Positions 30,460 through 41,213 of a stretch of 64,000 nt of DNA are shown here, piece after piece. Numbering within the stretch: the stretch's first letter is position 1; every line of letters starts with the position of its first letter. The notes under the pieces are model-generated. The model did not search any database. It worked only from the letters and a program-made list of their open reading frames with translations, and was not told the DNA's origin. Source of the DNA: a virus; the IMG/VR virus record IMGVR_UViG_3300020045_020105, positions 1-64,000 of that record; one strand, written 5' to 3'. The position numbers and the translations under genes were made by a program.

Positions 30460-31062
30460 ATGGAAAATATTAAGATTGTTTTTAACAAGATCATTTCTGC
30501 TATAAGATCTGATTCTGTATCTGAAATAAGATACTTGTACTCTATTTTAAGTGATGAAAAACTTGGTAAAGGTAAAAGAGAAAAAACTTTTGAGCAATTC
30601 ATTAGATTTATAGAGCATAATTCAGATAAAGGTCCGGTATTTCTTTATGCTGAATGTTTCCACCTTAAAAATAAGGATCTTGATCTATTAGCTATTTTTG
30701 ATCGTCTCCCAATGACTGAAAAGTTTGAATATAGGGAGTTCATCGAAAAAGCTTGGAAGCAAGATTTTAACTTTGAAGAAATCTATGGTAATCTGGCTCA
30801 ACAAGATCATATGGATAAAGAACAAATTCTCGATTCTTTAGCCACCCATATACCAGAAGGTAAAAAAATGATTATCAGTAAAATTCTATTTAACGATAGA
30901 GAGTATCCTTGTAAATCAGATAAAATCAAAGGCCTTATTTATGAAGGATTAAAAGTAGATACTGTCACTGCAATTTTGAGCAAAAGAGAGGAATCTATTT
31001 GCACAAGATCTTATGTACTAACAACAGCAAAAAGACAATTTCCAGACCAATACTTTGTTTAA
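30460..31062 (+). CDS. Hypothetical protein
   Basis: ORF. Confidence 0.55.
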   Translation: MENIKIVFNKIISAIRSDSVSEIRYLYSILSDEKLGKGKREKTFEQFIRFIEHNSDKGPVFLYAECFHLKNKDLDLLAIFDRLPMTEKFEYREFIEKAWKQDFNFEEIYGNLAQQDHMDKEQILDSLATHIPEGKKMIISKILFNDREYPCKSDKIKGLIYEGLKVDTVTAILSKREESICTRSYVLTTAKRQFPDQYFV

Positions 31063-31080
31063 ACTATAAAAATTAAAATC

Positions 31081-31431
31081 ATGTCAAAAGAAAAAAAAGA
31101 AATTATGATCGGTGATGAATTTACAGTAGAGTTCATCAAATCTGAAAAACCTGGTTTACCAATCTGCCGCTGTGATGGAATGGTTGGTTTTATTGATAAA
31201 GCAGAAAAGGGCATCTTTATCCCTGGGCAAACTTGGGTAGTATCAATAGTAAAAGTATTTGATAAATTTTTGATTGTTAAGCCTCTTCTTAAGATGACAT
31301 CTCGGAAAGACAATCAAAAGGATTTCCAAGCCAAATTGGATTTTTTCAAAAAAGATAAACGAGAGAGAGTTAAAGTTAAAAGAAATTATGCTTACCAAAG
31401 TAAACAAGAACTTCTTCAAGGAGAAATTTAA
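31081..31431 (+). CDS. TRAM/OB-fold-like protein
   Basis: GDEFTVEF..ICR.DGMVGFI...PGQ...V.I.KV pattern. Confidence 0.45.
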   Translation: MSKEKKEIMIGDEFTVEFIKSEKPGLPICRCDGMVGFIDKAEKGIFIPGQTWVVSIVKVFDKFLIVKPLLKMTSRKDNQKDFQAKLDFFKKDKRERVKVKRNYAYQSKQELLQGEI

Positions 31432-31433
31432 TC

Positions 31434-31490
31434 TTTTAAGGATTTTTAACATCCTTTAACATCTTTTAACCGAAATTTTTCGTACCTTTG
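31434..31490 (+). promoter_or_regulatory. Class A promoter: 4 x 10-bp repeats + TACCTTTG
   Basis: Repeats 31434-31473; -7 box 31483-31490. Confidence 0.8.
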
Positions 31491-31513
31491 AGAATAAATT
31501 AAAAAAACATACC

Positions 31514-32320
31514 ATGAATTTAGAAGACTTGTTATTTCCAGTAAAAATCGTCCCATCAGTTACCTTCCTTGAGGGATATGACTTTGTAAATAAACATGAA
31601 GGTATGGTGATTGTTGAACCTGTAGGAGAAAAACCTAAAGTAGTAAATGTACCTTCATTGGGCTATGGATTGCTTCCATTAGCAGATATTTTAATCCCAC
31701 TTGAGGAAAAACTTCGTGAGTCATTCACCATCACTCCAACTTATTCACACAGAGATCATGCTAGATTTAGTATTACTTATGTGATTGAAGGAGTAGAAGT
31801 TTTGGTTGGTAAAAAGGATAAGTTAAATCCCTTCATCAAAATCATTCACTCTTACGACTCCTCAACCATCTTTCAGGTTAAACTTGGCTTTTCAAGACAA
31901 TTAACCAAGACAGGTATCATGGGAGCTACATTCCAAGACGTAATTACATCCCATACTGTTGATATGATTGACGAAGTTATCGAAGATACAATCAATGCAG
32001 TGACTGAATTTATTGAGAACTGTGAAGATTACAAAGTTGAAGCTTACGATTTAATCAATAAAAAGGTAACTAATGTTGAGACTCGTGTTGATCAAATTCT
32101 TGAAGAAACCGGTGAAATGCGTGGTTATAAAGACCTAATCATGCAAAGAATCGCTTTTGAAATAGCGGAAAATAAATTACCGCAAACCGATTGGCTCATT
32201 TATAATGCCATCAATTACCAATTGAATTTCAGCTCGGAAGCGCAGGAAAATATGAAAATGAAGAAAGATCAAAAGATCTACTCTTACATTGCTTCGAGCT
32301 ATGCCGCGAAAATCGCCTGA
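31514..32320 (+). CDS. DUF932-like protein
   Basis: HSYDSS..F...GF.R and WLIYNAIN motifs. Confidence 0.6.
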   Translation: MNLEDLLFPVKIVPSVTFLEGYDFVNKHEGMVIVEPVGEKPKVVNVPSLGYGLLPLADILIPLEEKLRESFTITPTYSHRDHARFSITYVIEGVEVLVGKKDKLNPFIKIIHSYDSSTIFQVKLGFSRQLTKTGIMGATFQDVITSHTVDMIDEVIEDTINAVTEFIENCEDYKVEAYDLINKKVTNVETRVDQILEETGEMRGYKDLIMQRIAFEIAENKLPQTDWLIYNAINYQLNFSSEAQENMKMKKDQKIYSYIASSYAAKIA

Positions 32321-32494
32321 TTATTAACTGGTGGGGGAGGATAAGCGAACGAACGCACCCCTCCCCCTTCCATTAAAAACTGAGAAGATGCACTCCATTA
32401 GATCCCCAGGTTTATCGATCCCATAGAAAATCGAATTTGTGTTTAGTATTAATTATAAATTAGTCTGGTGAGAATCCAGATACAAAAATCATTT

Positions 32495-33574
32495 ATGGCA
32501 ATAGATAGAAAATTATTTAAAGCAACCTCTACAGAGGTATTGAAGGAACAAAAAGACAGAGTTGAGTCTCAAGTTCACGGCTCTAACAGGGCTAAATTCC
32601 ACAAAATTGAAAAGGGTGCAAATAAATTCAGGTTTTACCCTGCTCACCCAGGTACATCGAATTTCATTTATGAAAAAGTGATCGCTTGGCTTCCTCAGGA
32701 AATTCCTGCTAAGGACGGTGCCGAAGCAAAAATCGAAAGACGTCCTATTTTTAACTCTCGCACTCATGGTGGTACCAAGAAGGATATCGTCGAAGAGTAT
32801 ATTAAATTTGTAGTTCGTCAATTGACGGAAGAAATTCAGGACGAAAAAGAACTATCCAAAAGACTTGATCCAATCTTAAATTGGAAAACAGGTATTAAAG
32901 CTGGTGTGTCCTGGGTTGCTTATGCAGATAAAATCAATTCTCTGGGAGAAGCATTCTTTGGAATGGTAAATGTAACCGATGGAACTAAAAACAAGCTGAA
33001 CGAATTGGCTATTGTTGAAGATCCAAATGAACCAATTTCTGTGGATCCCTTCACCAATCCGGATACTGGTAAAGCTGTGGTTATTACATATACTCCAGAT
33101 GCAAAAGCAAAAGGAGATGTGTATAAAGTAACTTTGCTCTGGCAGAAAAATTCCCCTCTATCTGAGTCTCAACTTGAGGCTTTCTCAGAAGTAGAAACCC
33201 TTCAATCTATGTTCCGTAATTCATACACCAGAAAAGATTTCGAGAGAGCTCTTGATGGTTTGCAGATTATTGATGCCGAACATGGGTATGATGCTTTTCA
33301 AAACGATAATTGGTTAGAAATCGTTGAGGAAATTGACAGGTACTATCCTGAAGAAGGTGAAACTGCTGCCGAAGAAGTTGCAGAAGAAATTGCCGAAGAA
33401 GCTACTGAATCTATTGAGGAGGTGGAAGCTGAAGAGGTGGAAGAAGTAAAAGAAGAAAAACCAGTTTTCAAAACTCCAGCTGCAACAGCAGCAAAAGAAA
33501 CTGCTCCTCCAACTTCAACCTCTGCAAGAGCTACCGGTACAAGTTCTTTGAGAGACAAATACAAGAAGAAATAA
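32495..33574 (+). CDS. T4 gp32-like single-stranded DNA-binding protein
   Basis: G.NKFRFYP, DPF.NPDTG...I, long acidic C-terminal region; next to recombination genes. ATG 32495. Confidence 0.7.
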   Translation: MAIDRKLFKATSTEVLKEQKDRVESQVHGSNRAKFHKIEKGANKFRFYPAHPGTSNFIYEKVIAWLPQEIPAKDGAEAKIERRPIFNSRTHGGTKKDIVEEYIKFVVRQLTEEIQDEKELSKRLDPILNWKTGIKAGVSWVAYADKINSLGEAFFGMVNVTDGTKNKLNELAIVEDPNEPISVDPFTNPDTGKAVVITYTPDAKAKGDVYKVTLLWQKNSPLSESQLEAFSEVETLQSMFRNSYTRKDFERALDGLQIIDAEHGYDAFQNDNWLEIVEEIDRYYPEEGETAAEEVAEEIAEEATESIEEVEAEEVEEVKEEKPVFKTPAATAAKETAPPTSTSARATGTSSLRDKYKKK

Positions 33575-33600
33575 GCAAGTAAGTTTAAAAATTTCAACAC

Positions 33601-33628
33601 AAATATCCCCCTTTATTGGGGGATATTT
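33601..33628 (+). terminator. Hairpin terminator after SSB
   Basis: AAATATCCCCC-TTTATT-GGGGGATATTT. Confidence 0.7.
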
Positions 33629-33639
33629 AAATATTTTCC

Positions 33640-34665
33640 ATGAATAAACCACTATTCGCCCAAATTACAGATACTCATTTAAGAGTAGGAAATCAAGATT
33701 TTATTGAGAAATTATTTGATGAATTTCTAGAAGCTTGTATAAAAGCAGGAATAAAGACAGTTTATCACTTAGGTGATTTTTTTGATACAAGAAAGGAACA
33801 ACCTGAAGAAGTACTTGTTACGGCAGGACGAATCTTTAGCAAATTTGATAGGTGCAATATTAATTTAATTATAATTCCAGGGAATCATGATAAAGTGAAT
33901 CCCCTAGGAACTTCAAGCTATTTATTGGAATTCCAATTCCACCCAAATGTGACAGTAATTTCAACCCCAACATATTTTCAAGAAGACCTTTATGGTATTA
34001 TCTTACTCCCCTATTTTGAAGACAGCAGAAACGAAATATTTTTAGAACAAAATAAGCATTTAGCTCAAACATCAACAAATCCAGTTTATGTAGGTGCTCA
34101 TTGTGAAGTAGAGGGAATTATCCCTGAGGGAAAAACAATTCGATTCCCCCTTCCCATAAAATTACTTAAAAACTTCACTAAAGTATTTGTAGGACATTAT
34201 CACAATTTATCTAAAATTGGAACAAATATTTTTTATATAGGTAGCTCTCACCAAGATTACTTTTCTGAGGATGAAGAAAAGGGCTATACTGTTGTCTACC
34301 AAAGTGGTGCTCATAAACAATACTCTCTCACATTCCCAATCTGGAAAGAGGAGATTATCAATCTGTCAGAGGGTACTTTTACTGAGGACTACGTAGTAGA
34401 TAAATATGGTGCTGAAATGTATCACAATGCTACTAGAGTAAGACTTCACTTTAAAGGTGATCGCTCTTTAATGTCAGTAGTTAATATTCAAAGACTCAAA
34501 TCACTTGGGTTTAAAATTAAAACTACAATTGAAGGGGAAGGAATTATTATTTCAGAAACACCAAAAGAAGAAACGATAAAGTTTGATTTACAAAACTCAC
34601 TCAAAGAATTTTGTGAGATAAATCAACTTGAATTCGATATACTTGAACCTTATTTAAACGATTAA
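33640..34665 (+). CDS. Mre11/SbcD-like nuclease
   Basis: DTH, GDFFD, GNHD, GHYH, YIGS. Confidence 0.9.
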   Translation: MNKPLFAQITDTHLRVGNQDFIEKLFDEFLEACIKAGIKTVYHLGDFFDTRKEQPEEVLVTAGRIFSKFDRCNINLIIIPGNHDKVNPLGTSSYLLEFQFHPNVTVISTPTYFQEDLYGIILLPYFEDSRNEIFLEQNKHLAQTSTNPVYVGAHCEVEGIIPEGKTIRFPLPIKLLKNFTKVFVGHYHNLSKIGTNIFYIGSSHQDYFSEDEEKGYTVVYQSGAHKQYSLTFPIWKEEIINLSEGTFTEDYVVDKYGAEMYHNATRVRLHFKGDRSLMSVVNIQRLKSLGFKIKTTIEGEGIIISETPKEETIKFDLQNSLKEFCEINQLEFDILEPYLND

Positions 34666-34666
34666 T

Positions 34667-34804
34667 ATGAAACCAGAAGAAAAAATATTTATTGCAAATT
34701 GTCCTTTAACTGCTTGTGCAATTAATGAAAAGGGAGTTTGTTGTAGTACAAATGAAGTTCAGTGTGAAAATATCCCTGATTGTTTTAATGAAGACAAAGA
34801 GTAA
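34667..34804 (+). CDS. 45-aa Cys-rich microprotein (not in ORF track)
   Basis: MKPEEKIFIANCPLTACAINEKGVCCSTNEVQCENIPDCFNEDKE. Confidence 0.5.
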   Translation: MKPEEKIFIANCPLTACAINEKGVCCSTNEVQCENIPDCFNEDKE

Positions 34805-34807
34805 CTC

Positions 34808-35032
34808 ATGTATAAAAAATACTATGATTTTTATAGGGGAGTGGTTTGGTTAAATATATCTCCTATGACAATAGGAATGTTTGAAGCTAACGTATTTAAG
34901 AAAATATGGCTTGTGCTTAATCCTAAAAAAGATATTACAGAAAAGGGATACCATATAATTTGTGATGATGGTTTTACATGGTGGATTAGAGAAAAAGATA
35001 TAAATCAATTTGAATTAGTGAAAAATCAATAA
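34808..35032 (+). CDS. Hypothetical protein
   Basis: ORF. Confidence 0.45.
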   Translation: MYKKYYDFYRGVVWLNISPMTIGMFEANVFKKIWLVLNPKKDITEKGYHIICDDGFTWWIREKDINQFELVKNQ

Positions 35033-35043
35033 AAATAGGAATT

Positions 35044-35283
35044 ATGATTGTTAAGAAATTTAGAGTAACTAGAAATGATTTCCCATCACATAGAGTTGAT
35101 GTTAAAGAAGGAGATCTTGTTTATTGGAAAGATGGTAAAAATAATATTAATCTATTTAGAGCATCTGACAATATTTGCATTTTGTCTTTATCACCAAAAC
35201 AATTTAAGGTAGAAGTAGGTATAGTTTACTCTGCCGAGTACCTATATTCTTGGCCTAGGATAAAACAATTAATTCTACAATAA
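35044..35283 (+). CDS. Hypothetical protein
   Basis: ORF. Confidence 0.45.
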   Translation: MIVKKFRVTRNDFPSHRVDVKEGDLVYWKDGKNNINLFRASDNICILSLSPKQFKVEVGIVYSAEYLYSWPRIKQLILQ

Positions 35284-35287
35284 TATT

Positions 35288-35383
35288 GGGGGTGTGGTGA
35301 AGTTGAGACACACAGGGCTGCAGCTATATTTAGAATGTTAGATATATGAACCTGAGAAACTAGTTTGACTCTAGTAACCCCCA
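35288..35383 (+). tRNA. tRNA-Cys(GCA)-like RNA with 25-nt insertion (35324-35348) in the anticodon loop
   Basis: Acceptor GGGGGT/ACCCCC; D arm GTG-N9-CAC; anticodon stem CAGG/CCTG with CT-GCA; T arm ACTAG-TTTGACT-CTAGT. Confidence 0.65.
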
Positions 35384-35406
35384 CAATATAATATTAAATA
35401 AAATAT

Positions 35407-36771
35407 ATGGAATATTCTGACAAATTAAAAGGAGTACTTAAACAGATCAATAAGAGCTACGGAAATAATTCTGTAGTTAGTTTAAATGATGTAGGTATAG
35501 TACCTCCACTCTGTTCAACAGGTAGTTTAGGATTGGATTTAGCAATAGGAATTGGTGGAATGCCAAAGGGGAGAATTATTGAAATATTTGGGCCTGAATC
35601 TTCGGGTAAAACAACTTTATGTTTACATTGTATTGCAGAAGCACAAAAAACAACAAGTAAACCGGCAGCTTTTGTTGATGCAGAACACGCATTTGACCCA
35701 ACTTATTTTGAGGCTATTGGAGGAGATTTAGATGCTCTTATTTTCTCTCAACCAGATAATGGTGAACACGCTTTAAATATTGTTGAATCTCTTGTAAATT
35801 CTGGGGAAGTATCAATAATTATTGTGGATAGTGTTGCTGCTTTGGTTCCTAAAGCAGAACTTGATGGAGAAATGGGAGATCATTCCGTTGGAGTTCATGC
35901 TCGTTTAATGTCAAGAGCAATGAGAAAACTTACAGCAGTATGTTCAAAAACAGAAACTACAATTATTTTTATAAATCAACTTCGTGAGAAAATTGGGATA
36001 ATGTATGGTTCACCAGAAACCACTACAGGAGGAAATGCATTAAAATTCTATGCTTCTGTACGTTTGGATATTCGTCGTAAATCAGTAAATAAACACACAG
36101 AAAACGGAGAAGAGATCAAGGATTCGAATGCTACTCTTGTAAAAGTAATTAAAAACAAAGTAGCTCCACCATTCAAGGAATGCAAATTCGATATTGTTTA
36201 CGGTAAAGGTATAGATTCAGTTTCAGAATATGCTTATGTCGCTGATAAACTTGGTTTATTTAAAACAAAAGCCGGTAAAATTCACCCAAATTACACCCCA
36301 ACCATTTGGGGAGATGAAGAAATTGAATCTACAATAAACTTTGTTTCTGATGTAATCAAAGATCCTGAATTTTGGGTGTTAAAAGAAGAAATTTACCTTC
36401 ATATTCAACTTAAAATGAACCAAATTACTCAAGAAAAATTCAATGATGAATTTAATATTCTTGAGTTCAAGTTTGAGCAAGAAGAAGAGCATTTTAAGAA
36501 GTTCAAAGCTTTTGGTGATGATGCTTCTGGTAAATCAAAATATGCAGAAGCTATTTATTACCTTGGACTTGCTGCAGAAGTAAAACCATTTGATAAACCA
36601 ACCAAAACCAAGTTGATTGCTGTTCAAAAACGCACAGAAGGCAAGAAGGATATCGATTGGTGGGTAATGGTGTGGAATGACGATACAAAAAGACTAAATG
36701 TTCAAACAGGAGATATAGAAGAAATTAAAACTGAACCTGTACAATCAGATGTGGAAACTAAAACAAATTAA
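35407..36771 (+). CDS. recA: RecA recombinase with C-terminal extension
   Basis: [47 protein letters not shown]. Confidence 0.97.
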   Translation: MEYSDKLKGVLKQINKSYGNNSVVSLNDVGIVPPLCSTGSLGLDLAIGIGGMPKGRIIEIFGPESSGKTTLCLHCIAEAQKTTSKPAAFVDAEHAFDPTYFEAIGGDLDALIFSQPDNGEHALNIVESLVNSGEVSIIIVDSVAALVPKAELDGEMGDHSVGVHARLMSRAMRKLTAVCSKTETTIIFINQLREKIGIMYGSPETTTGGNALKFYASVRLDIRRKSVNKHTENGEEIKDSNATLVKVIKNKVAPPFKECKFDIVYGKGIDSVSEYAYVADKLGLFKTKAGKIHPNYTPTIWGDEEIESTINFVSDVIKDPEFWVLKEEIYLHIQLKMNQITQEKFNDEFNILEFKFEQEEEHFKKFKAFGDDASGKSKYAEAIYYLGLAAEVKPFDKPTKTKLIAVQKRTEGKKDIDWWVMVWNDDTKRLNVQTGDIEEIKTEPVQSDVETKTN

Positions 36772-38722
36772 AGCAAAAAATCTTGGTTCGTTCAAGGATG
36801 TTGAGATATCACTGGTTGAAGGGGTTTGCACCTTAATTACCGGAGAAAATCTTGATGATGAAGGACAGGAAAGCAATGGCTCGGGGAAATCATTAATCCT
36901 CGAGACCATTTCTTTAGTTACTACAGGCGAAGTATTCCGGAAGGATGCTCGCCCTGTAGATCTAATTAGAGACGGGGAGGATGAATCTCCTCTATCTCTA
37001 TTGTTTGTAGATACTCTGAATGAAGAAAAAACACTTTATATCGAGAGAACTATTTACAGAACTAAAACAGCAATTGTTAAGATAAAAGAAAGCCATAAAC
37101 AAGGAAACACTACTAAAAGTGGTATTTCTGAGTATAATGAAGAAATTTTACACTTAATAGGATTATCTAAACAAGATCTTCTTAGTTACTTTATTATTCA
37201 TAAGGAAAAAACAACCCCTTTCCTTATGTGTACTGATACAAAGAAAAAGGAAGTTATTGTTCGCTTTGCCAACTTAGGTATTTTAGAAGGAATTAATGCA
37301 AAAGTAGATAAGGAAATAGCTACTTTGGTAACATCAATTTCCTCCATAGATACTCAAGTTGTTTCTGAGGAGAGTTCTCTTGCTACTTATGAAGTTGAAA
37401 AGAAGAACCATCTCAAAAATAGGGAATCTCTTTACCAAGAACAGAAGAATCAGATTCAAGCAGAAATAAATGATCTAATTAAGGATAAAGAACAACTTCA
37501 ATCAGATAAGGAACTTGAACTTATTTTGGATAAAAAGAGAAAGCAAAAGCTCTTTATATACCAAATGAGATATTCTAAATTTGTGGATCTCTATACTCCT
37601 CTTCTTGACGAATGTAAAGAGGACCATGCTTTTACTAAGAAGCAAATTAAGGACCTAGAAGACGAAAATAGTAAAGAAGTAAAATTCTTTTCACTTGAAA
37701 AACAAGAAGAATCAAAATTAAAAATTAAAATTGCCGGTGAAATTGCTTGTCCAAAATGCGATCATAAATTTATTTTAGGAGATAAAAATAATACTCTCGA
37801 AGAATATAAGATTCAATTGATTAACCTTCAAATAGCTATTAAAGCTACAGAAGGTAGAATTTTAACTATCGCAAATGACTTAACAGAATGCAAGGAAGTA
37901 CTTGAAGAAATTGAACTCATTATTAATGGAGCTAAAAAGGATCTTGATCGTTACAATACTTTACTCTTTAAATGTGATTGGACTATTACCAATTTAACAG
38001 GTGATATTGAGAGTCTTAAAAATACACTTGAGAGATATGATCGAGATATAAAGAAAGTATCTGATAAAATTACTACTCTGAAAACTAAAAAATTAGAAGT
38101 AGATAAGGGATTAGATAGCGTATTAATTCGATACGATAAACAAATCGAATCGATCAAAACCAAAATACTTACAATCAAACAAAGCAAAGAAGACCTTCAA
38201 TCATCTATTGTAAATAAAGAAGATATTAAAACTGCTTTTAGTAAGTTTAAGGTCTATTTGGTAAATAAAACACTAAATACTATTTCATCCTTTACCAACC
38301 ACTATCTCAATAAAATGGGATCGGGAATGTCTATCAACTTAAATGGCTATCGCTATTTGGCTGATGGTAAAACATTACGAGAGGAAATAGAAACAGAGAT
38401 ATTTAGAGATGGGATGCCTTGTGGACTATTTGGCAGATTTAGTTCTGGTGAAAAGGTCCGATTAATAGTAGCCAATATCCTAGCACTGCAGAAAATCATC
38501 AATATAACATCTCCAACAGGAGGACTTGATTTATTATTTCTAGATGAGATCGTAGAGAGTGTAGATTCGCAGGGAATCAAGGGATTGGTTAAAGCGATTA
38601 ATCTCACTCAACAAACAGTTGAAATTATTACATTTTCTCAACACAATATCTTAGGAGTTCCTAATTTAATTGTGCGTAAAAAGGACGGTGAAGCAATACC
38701 TTACTACAAAGAAAATTCTTAA
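36749..38722 (+). CDS. Rad50/SbcC-like ATPase
   Basis: NGSGKS, coiled coil with CPKC hook, FSSGEK, LFLDE. Confidence 0.92.
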   Translation: MWKLKQIKAKNLGSFKDVEISLVEGVCTLITGENLDDEGQESNGSGKSLILETISLVTTGEVFRKDARPVDLIRDGEDESPLSLLFVDTLNEEKTLYIERTIYRTKTAIVKIKESHKQGNTTKSGISEYNEEILHLIGLSKQDLLSYFIIHKEKTTPFLMCTDTKKKEVIVRFANLGILEGINAKVDKEIATLVTSISSIDTQVVSEESSLATYEVEKKNHLKNRESLYQEQKNQIQAEINDLIKDKEQLQSDKELELILDKKRKQKLFIYQMRYSKFVDLYTPLLDECKEDHAFTKKQIKDLEDENSKEVKFFSLEKQEESKLKIKIAGEIACPKCDHKFILGDKNNTLEEYKIQLINLQIAIKATEGRILTIANDLTECKEVLEEIELIINGAKKDLDRYNTLLFKCDWTITNLTGDIESLKNTLERYDRDIKKVSDKITTLKTKKLEVDKGLDSVLIRYDKQIESIKTKILTIKQSKEDLQSSIVNKEDIKTAFSKFKVYLVNKTLNTISSFTNHYLNKMGSGMSINLNGYRYLADGKTLREEIETEIFRDGMPCGLFGRFSSGEKVRLIVANILALQKIINITSPTGGLDLLFLDEIVESVDSQGIKGLVKAINLTQQTVEIITFSQHNILGVPNLIVRKKDGEAIPYYKENS

Positions 38723-38730
38723 AATCCTTC

Positions 38731-38761
38731 TTGGAGAATTTAGAAATTTTACTTATATTTG
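38731..38761 (+). promoter_or_regulatory. Class B promoter
   Basis: TTGGAGAATTTAGAAATTTTACTTATATTTG, nearly identical to 10956-10986. Confidence 0.7.
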
Positions 38762-38765
38762 AAAT

Positions 38766-39320
38766 ATGGAAAAGAAAATAATATTAGCCATTGACCCTGG
38801 AAATATTGAATCAGCATATGTACTCTGGGATGGAGAAAAAATGCTAGATAAAAATTACCTACCAAATAAGGAATGTTTATCTAAGTTTGAGCAACAAAGA
38901 TTTCAAAATATTGATTGTGTTGTGATTGAAATGGTATCCTCCTATGGTATGCCTATTGGTCAGAATACAATAGATACTTGTGTATGGATTGGTATTTTCA
39001 AACAATTTTTCCATAATAAAGAGGTCCATTTAAGATTTCGCCAAACAGTAAAAATGCACCACTGTCATGCTCTGAATGGAGTTAATGATGGAGCAATAAA
39101 TAATGTTTTAAAAGGTAAATATGGAGATGATAAGACTCAAAAAAGACCAAATGAGGTTATCTGGAATGATTGTGTAAAACACAATGGCGGTAGAGAGTAC
39201 ATGAATGGAGATATTTGGGCAGCTTTTGCTCTTGCAACTTCATGGACAGAACCACCAAGCTCTATTATTCAAAATCCATTAGAACGTGAAAACAATAAAT
39301 TAACCAAAAACTTACTATAA
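38766..39320 (+). CDS. RuvC-like Holliday junction resolvase
   Basis: ILAIDPG, VVIE, DIWAAFALA. Confidence 0.7.
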   Translation: MEKKIILAIDPGNIESAYVLWDGEKMLDKNYLPNKECLSKFEQQRFQNIDCVVIEMVSSYGMPIGQNTIDTCVWIGIFKQFFHNKEVHLRFRQTVKMHHCHALNGVNDGAINNVLKGKYGDDKTQKRPNEVIWNDCVKHNGGREYMNGDIWAAFALATSWTEPPSSIIQNPLERENNKLTKNLL

Positions 39321-39321
39321 A

Positions 39322-39936
39322 ATGAGAGTTACAAGTAGTGAAGTTGAATTAAAAAAATTGGTATATTCCATTATTAATGGGGGAATGGAAGAAATACCAG
39401 AAAATCTTGTTTTACTTATTAGTGAAAAAGAAATGGAAATATTGATATCTAATACCCCCCACCCTTCTTCCATCCCTCCAAATATCTCTGAAGGAAAATA
39501 TAGGGGATTATCTATTCTTAACTATGAGAGACTTAACCACGTCATTGGACCTGTAGTTATAGAGAGTAGATTTCTAAAAAAAGAACATAATCACCCAAAT
39601 GATCCTTTTAAAGGATTAATTCCACCACAACAAGAAAAAGGAGAATACGACGAAAAGGGAGCAGCAGTACACTATCAAGATTCATTTATGGAATCAATCT
39701 ATAAGATCGAATCTATAATGGGAACTTATGGGGCTCTTTGCTTTTGTGAAGGAAATATTTTAAAGTACAGAGATCGTCTTGGTAAGAAAAAGGGTGAAGA
39801 TATCCAAAAAGAACTTCTCAAAATATCTTGGTATGAAAACAAGAGTAAAGAACTTATAGATAAAATGGTTACTGCACAAGAATTATCCAATCCTATTTGG
39901 AATGAACAAATTTCAAAAATAAGAAATGGCGAATAG
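39322..39936 (+). CDS. Protein with C-terminal DUF3310-like domain
   Basis: HY...E.I.....FCEGNILKYRDR.GKK...EL.K..WY. Confidence 0.65.
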   Translation: MRVTSSEVELKKLVYSIINGGMEEIPENLVLLISEKEMEILISNTPHPSSIPPNISEGKYRGLSILNYERLNHVIGPVVIESRFLKKEHNHPNDPFKGLIPPQQEKGEYDEKGAAVHYQDSFMESIYKIESIMGTYGALCFCEGNILKYRDRLGKKKGEDIQKELLKISWYENKSKELIDKMVTAQELSNPIWNEQISKIRNGE

Positions 39937-40222
39937 CAGATACTCAAAAGTTAATTTTATATGTCCAAAATGCCATGTAAAATACCCTGTTTATGTGTGG
40001 AGCGACAGAAAAGAAAACCCACTCTGCCCAGAATGTACTACAATCTATAAAACTCCAGTACAATTAGAGGAAATTGTTGAGGATAAACCAGAAGTAAATT
40101 ATCCATCAATTGGTGGTTTCTCCAACTTATCTCTACAAGATAAACAAAAATCTCTTAAAGCAAGAGCTACGGCTCACTATAAAAAAGAAATTTTACCAGA
40201 AATTAAAGACGACAAACTATGA
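39926..40222 (+). CDS. Zn-ribbon protein (FmdB-like)
   Basis: CPKC...CPEC. Confidence 0.55.
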   Translation: MANSRYSKVNFICPKCHVKYPVYVWSDRKENPLCPECTTIYKTPVQLEEIVEDKPEVNYPSIGGFSNLSLQDKQKSLKARATAHYKKEILPEIKDDKL

Positions 40223-40557
40223 TTATTTTATTAATTCTATTAATCCTTATTACTATGAATGAATTCTGGAACAATATTGCATACTTAACATCTCTAGGAT
40301 ATTTGATCTTCCAAATTGAAGGAGAGTATTTTGTTACAAATCAAGGCGGTGGAAAATACTCCATTACAAATGAAAGTACTAAAGTTAGAGGGGCAAATAT
40401 TACTAATCTTTTACTTGAAAATAAAGGACACTGGTTAGAAGGGATTGGAGATAGTGCAAAAGTAATTCAAGCTATAAATCGAATTCCTATTCGAGATATT
40501 AAGTTTAACGGCATTTGGAGATCTATAGAATACTTACCTTACTCAATGAGTTCTTGA
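40219..40557 (+). CDS. Hypothetical protein
   Basis: ORF; start may be 40255. Confidence 0.45.
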   Translation: MIILLILLILITMNEFWNNIAYLTSLGYLIFQIEGEYFVTNQGGGKYSITNESTKVRGANITNLLLENKGHWLEGIGDSAKVIQAINRIPIRDIKFNGIWRSIEYLPYSMSS

Positions 40558-40610
40558 TTAAATCATAATCATTTATTTTAAATTAACGGAAGAACTCTAA
40601 TATATAAATA

Positions 40611-41213
40611 ATGAAAGTAGAACCAATTTTAGAAAAATATCAAATTTGTACAAAATGTGGGGAGAGTAAGCCCCTATCATTAGAATTTTATAATAGTAAT
40701 AGTAGTTGTGTTGATGGTTTTACTAGACAATGTAAAATTTGTCTAAATGAACAACAAATGCTTCGCTACAGAAGACAAAACCCAGATTACTATCTCCATA
40801 TTGAGGAAAGAGAAAAACTTTCCCTTGAAGGAAAACAAAGGTGTACAGGTTGTCTAAAAATCAAGGATTTTAGTGAATTTAACCCAGATATCAAGGCAAC
40901 AAAGAAAATTGCAACGAGGTGTTTTAAATGTCAAATAAATACCAAATACCTCCAATTATATGGAATAACGAGATTAGAATTTATTAAGGTTGTTGAAGAA
41001 CAAAATTTTATTTGTCCAATTTGTAAGAAAGAAATTAAAATTGGCGCTTATCAAGAAAAAGGAGATAGATTTGCTGTTTTAGATCATTGCCATAAAACTA
41101 AACAAAATAGAGGGGCTTTGTGCAATAAATGTAATGCAGGATTGGGATTTTTTGATGATAATTTAGAGATACTTAAATCAGCAACTAATTATCTTAAGAA
41201 ATGGATAAAATAG
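40611..41213 (+). CDS. Endonuclease VII-family putative homing endonuclease
   Basis: YGIT, CPIC, LDHCH, RGALCNKCNAGLG.F.D; two N-terminal Zn fingers. Confidence 0.85.
   Translation: MKVEPILEKYQICTKCGESKPLSLEFYNSNSSCVDGFTRQCKICLNEQQMLRYRRQNPDYYLHIEEREKLSLEGKQRCTGCLKIKDFSEFNPDIKATKKIATRCFKCQINTKYLQLYGITRLEFIKVVEEQNFICPICKKEIKIGAYQEKGDRFAVLDHCHKTKQNRGALCNKCNAGLGFFDDNLEILKSATNYLKKWIK

Noticed and set aside
35288-35383. tmRNA
   Set aside because: Only 96 nt, with no G3-U70 pair and no tag ORF.
13434-36771. Inteins or introns in TerL, DnaB, DnaE or RecA
   Set aside because: Motif spacing and lengths are normal, and no internal Cys...His-Asn blocks were seen.
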